Shown piece by piece: positions 60,127-64,000 of a stretch of DNA of 64,000 nt (positions are counted from its first letter, which is position 1; the number at the start of each line of letters is the position of its first letter). The stretch spans positions 261,926 to 325,925 of the forward strand of contig JALMLS010000377.1 in NCBI GenBank assembly GCA_038496445.1, written 5' to 3'. The position numbers were made by a program, and so were the translations under genes. The notes below the pieces were generated by a model. The model had not been told where the DNA came from. It saw nothing but the letters and a program-made list of their open reading frames with translations, and did no database searches. The stretch comes from Trichosphaerium sp. ATCC 40318 (lineage: Eukaryota > Protista > Tubulinea).

Positions 60127-62744
60127 TTGCGTCCTGAGTTACACTTGGCGACCTGCCTAAGTTAAGCATATCATTGGGGCAGAGGAAAGGAAACCAAAAG
60201 GGACTCCCTGAGTAGCGGCGAGCGAAAGGGGACAAGCTCAAGCCTGAATCCGAGCCTAGCATCGGAGTTGTGGGCTAAGGCGTGGTGGCTCTTCCAGACG
60301 TTGACGGGAATTACGCACGAGTCGTAGCCGTAGAGGGTGCGAGCCCCGTACGCTGTCAACCGAGGAAATAGAGTCCCATCGTCCAGGAGTAGTATGGTTT
60401 GGCCGTGCCATACGAAGTTACCGGGAGGTTACCCGGCAAGGCTAAGTATCGGGAGGTGGCCGATAGCGCACCAGTACCGTGAGGGAAGACTGAAACAGCA
60501 CTCCTCGATAGAGGGTTAAAAGACCCGAAGCCGGCAAGGGTACAAATGGCACGGAGTACGTAGGTGCCCTGCACCTAATCTGCACATGGCAGACGCTCTT
60601 GTAGCGAGGGAAAAGCGACCGGGGCCTTGTGCCCTGGAAGATTATAATGAAACAAAACGTCGAGGGGAAGGTAACATAGAAGTGACTAACACAAAAAAGT
60701 CATACTGGCTAACTGTGCTGTCCACACCATCCTACAAGCTGAAAAGCATAAAAACGTGGGTTTGGTTGAAAGGACATCAAAAAGCACTTTTAAACCTTTA
60801 AATGGCGTTGGTTCACTGAAATTACTGAAACCTCCGAATGTACGTCTTCTTCCGAAAGGAACGAAGTTCGTCATTCATCGTCCACAACCTCAATGAGGCT
60901 CTATGCCCTTATTGGGCCATGGCCTCCGTGTATCCCGTCTTGAAACACGGATCAAGGAGTTCGCCGAGCGTGCGAGGGTGAGAGATCAAACCTCCAACCC
61001 GCACAGAAATGAAGCCAAGGATAAGCTCCTAGGCCGTCAAGTTCTTTATATAAAAACAAACGTATTGCAGTCACATGTATAAGTTTGCAAAGATCGACAT
61101 AAAAAACCGACTATGCTATTATCATGTTTTTGTTACGCAAGTAATTAAAAACACGTCACACCAAAGTAGATACACTTTGCCATCTCCGGCGTTGTTCTCT
61201 TGGCAGGCGATAGTACGTTGGGCGATACCCGAAAGGTAGCGATCTATACCCGAAAAGGGGGAAGGCGGGAGAAATCCCGCTGGACGCCCGTAGCGTTGCT
61301 GACGTGCAAATCGCTCGCCGGACATTGGGTATAGGGGCGAGAGACCAAACGAGCTGCCAACGTAGCTGGTACCGTTCGAAGTATCCCTAAGGATAGAGGG
61401 GGTCCGTGACGCCGGTCTCGTCTCGTAGAGCCACTGGAAAGAGGTATCGGAGGCCAAAGTTGCCATCGACCTATTATCAAACACATAAGAGGCGACCGAC
61501 TACAGGCCGAATGGCTGTAGTCACCGAGACGGTGGACCCCTATTGGGCCGGTCTTGATAAGCAGGACTGACGAGACGGTTTTAAACGCGAGCAGCAGCAA
61601 AGGCGCCCGAATAGGCAGTAACCAAGACAACGAAGGCGGTGTTCCAGTTTAGACAGCTGGAAGGTGGACATGGAAGTCGTCATCCTCTAAGGAGTGAGTA
61701 ACTTCTCACCAGCCGAATTGGGACGCGCCGAAAATGGATGGCGCTAAACTGCCTTAGCCGCCGCTGCGCGATCGCCCCGGCTCGGCCCAGGGTGCGGTAG
61801 GACGGCGTGCTGGTGGCGTAGAAGGGGGGCGGTGGCGTCCACCCGGAGCCACCAGCAGTGATGATCTTGGTGGTAGTAGCAATTGGAGCCTGGTGAAACA
61901 GTGTTTATCACAGCCAGGTCGCCCAAGTGGGGAAGGGTTTCGCGGTGATGGCATTCAGCTGCGAGTTAGCCGGTCCTAAGCCAGCTCCTAATAGAGTATA
62001 CTGTTTGATGCTGGCAGACGACACCTTGTTCGGATGAACTTTACTGTTTTCTGAAGACTGGTGGAAGTCTGCGATGCTTTCAACTCGGCGAAAGGCAACC
62101 TGGTGAGTAATCCAGGGCATGGGTAAGGAGGATGCATTTGCTTTAGAAGTGGCAACACTGAGAGAGAGAGCGCACGCGAGCAACCACACTTCTGCGGGGC
62201 CTTCTCCCGCGCCTAAGCTATTCGAGGGAAACTCCCCGGAGCCACGTAAAGCGGCGAAGGGAAAGAGTCGAGGGTAGCTAATGGGAAAGCACTTTTGCTT
62301 TCTAGGGGTGTTGGTGAGCTCGTTCTCACGAGGCTGCTCCTCTCCGAAGCCGACACTTTCGGGTGTTCAGTGTCCTCCAGGCTCATACCGTACCGAAAAC
62401 CGCATCAGGTCCCCTAGGTTAGTCACCTCTGGCGCTGCACGGTGTAAACGGCGTAAGGGAAGTCGGCATACGCGGCCCGTAACTTCGGGAAAAGGGCTGG
62501 CTCTGCTGACCGGGACCCGGGACGACGTGCGTCTGCGCTACTTCAGTGTAGCCCCTTCGGGAACGGCGCACAGTCCCTGCAAAGAGGTCCACAAGCGGAT
62601 CATGGCGGAACTCTCAGAAGCTTAGAGAACCCAACTGTTTACTTAAAACTTAGCCCTTTGATACCTCCTCTGAGGTCTGACAAAGGGTGACTCCTGCCCA
62701 GTGCTTTGAAAGTTGCGGTGCTTAATTTCACCCAAGCACGGGTT

Positions 62745-62794
<50 letters not shown>

Positions 62795-63511
62795 GTAACT
62801 AATGACGCGCATGAATGGATGAATGAGGTTCTCGCTGTCCCTACGCCGACCGTGGCGAAACCACAGAGTCGCGAACGGGCGACTTTTCTACCAGCGGGGA
62901 AAGAAGACCCTGTTGAGTTTGACTCTCACCACGCTTAGGGGCTTGGCACTGGAGGTATAGGGTAGGAAGTAGTTTTTTACGAAAGGTGTAACACTTCTAC
63001 TCCGGAGGTCGGGCCCCAGACGCATTCAAAACGGGCGAAAGCGCCTGCCTCTTCGGAGGACGTGGCGCTGCTCGAACCATACAAGTCGGTCTTTAGGTTG
63101 AGGCGGGCCCAATCGAAAGTGCGGATTACCTTCCGATTCCGAGACTTTGACAAGCATTAAGGCGGACAGCGCGTGGCCGGGAGTTTGGCTGGGGCGGCAC
63201 ATCCGCTATAGGGTAACACGGATGACCTAAGGGGAGCTCAGTGGGGACAGAAACCCCACGTAGAGGCCAAGGCTAAAAGCCCCCTTGAGCAAGAGTGGAG
63301 CCATCGCTCTTGCACCCTAACGGGAGGCCTAGAGATCCCTCGTGACTAGTCATGTAACCTGACACTGGGGTGACAGAAAAATTACCATAGGGATAACTGG
63401 CTTGTGGTCGCCAAGCGCTCAGAGCGACGCGACTTTTTGATTCTTCGATGTCGGCTCTTCCTATCCAGGTGTAGCAGAATGCTCCAAGGGTTGGATTGTT
63501 CACCCACTTAC

Positions 63512-63555
<44 letters not shown>

Positions 63556-63955
63556 TTACCCTACTGGTGGGCCTATTTTATTAACATGCGCGTCGTCGGT
63601 AGCGATGCCTCAGTACGAGAGGAACGGGCATCGGTGGCCTCTAGTGTCCGCGGACGTCCGAGAGGGCGGTTCGCGAAGCCACGCCATTGGGAGTACGGCT
63701 GAAGGCCTCTAAAGTCGGAAACCCAGCCGCCAAGAGCCGCGCGGCGACATTGTCGTTGCTGCGCCTCCTCGAACGAAAGGCTTCGGCCCGCAAAGGTTCT
63801 ACACTATGGCACAAGTAGCACGTCTTAGCAAACGCCCGCAGGGGCCCCGTAAACCACGGGAACTCGAACAGGGTCTTAGGGCATTTACTGTTGTAAGCTA
63901 GGGAGTCGCTCAAGCCTTCGGGTGCGACGACCTGCTGAGGCAGAGGCCCGACTAA
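60127..63955 (+). rRNA. 28S rRNA gene, divergent, with expanded D regions
   Basis: TTAAGCATATCA, AGTACCGTGAGGGAA, CCCGTCTTGAAACACGGA, GTAACTATGACTCTCTTAAGGTAGCC, PTC GGGATAACTGG and TCGATGTCGGCTC, sarcin-ricin loop AGTACGAGAGGAAC. 3' end approximate. Confidence 0.97.
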
Positions 63956-64000
63956 ATTGTATTCAGAAATCTTCAATGTTACTCATTCTTCTCCTTTTTT

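Noticed and set aside
56871-63955. Archaeal, microsporidian or contaminant rDNA
   Set aside because: The separate 5.8S with ITS2 and the eukaryotic LSU motifs argue against it, and the resemblances fit long-branch convergence. A chimeric join cannot be fully excluded without reads.
57103-63976. Many 60-130 aa ORFs on both strands
   Set aside because: They overlap conserved rRNA and arise from GC-rich, stop-poor sequence. No homing endonuclease motif was seen.

Overview
Eukaryotic nuclear DNA from a fast-evolving protist; the gene repertoire (ferlin, RhoGEF, multi-RGS, SETD9, RBM48) fits an amoeboid lineage, but the taxon cannot be fixed from sequence alone. Bases 1-53.8 kb are AT-rich and gene-dense, with about 20 genes cut by many short (mostly 30-120 nt) spliceosomal introns, so most ORF-track entries are exon fragments or noise. 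All gene models were assembled by eye in the standard genetic code. Bases 53.8-64 kb hold a spacer with structured repeats and a complete, highly divergent 18S-5.8S-28S unit with large AT-rich inserts. Best leads: (1) an intron-hidden OAS/CD-NTase-family nucleotidyltransferase with intact catalytic motifs and a C-terminal membrane anchor, head-to-head with an intron-poor MORN-repeat gene and its decayed paralog; (2) about 9-fold enrichment of the palindrome CACGTG, largely in introns; (3) covarying hairpin modules upstream of the 18S; (4) a compensated change in the near-universal SSU central pseudoknot; (5) an intronic tRNA-Cys with C33, and a second long intron holding an unexplained hairpin; (6) bacterial-type enzymes that have gained introns.
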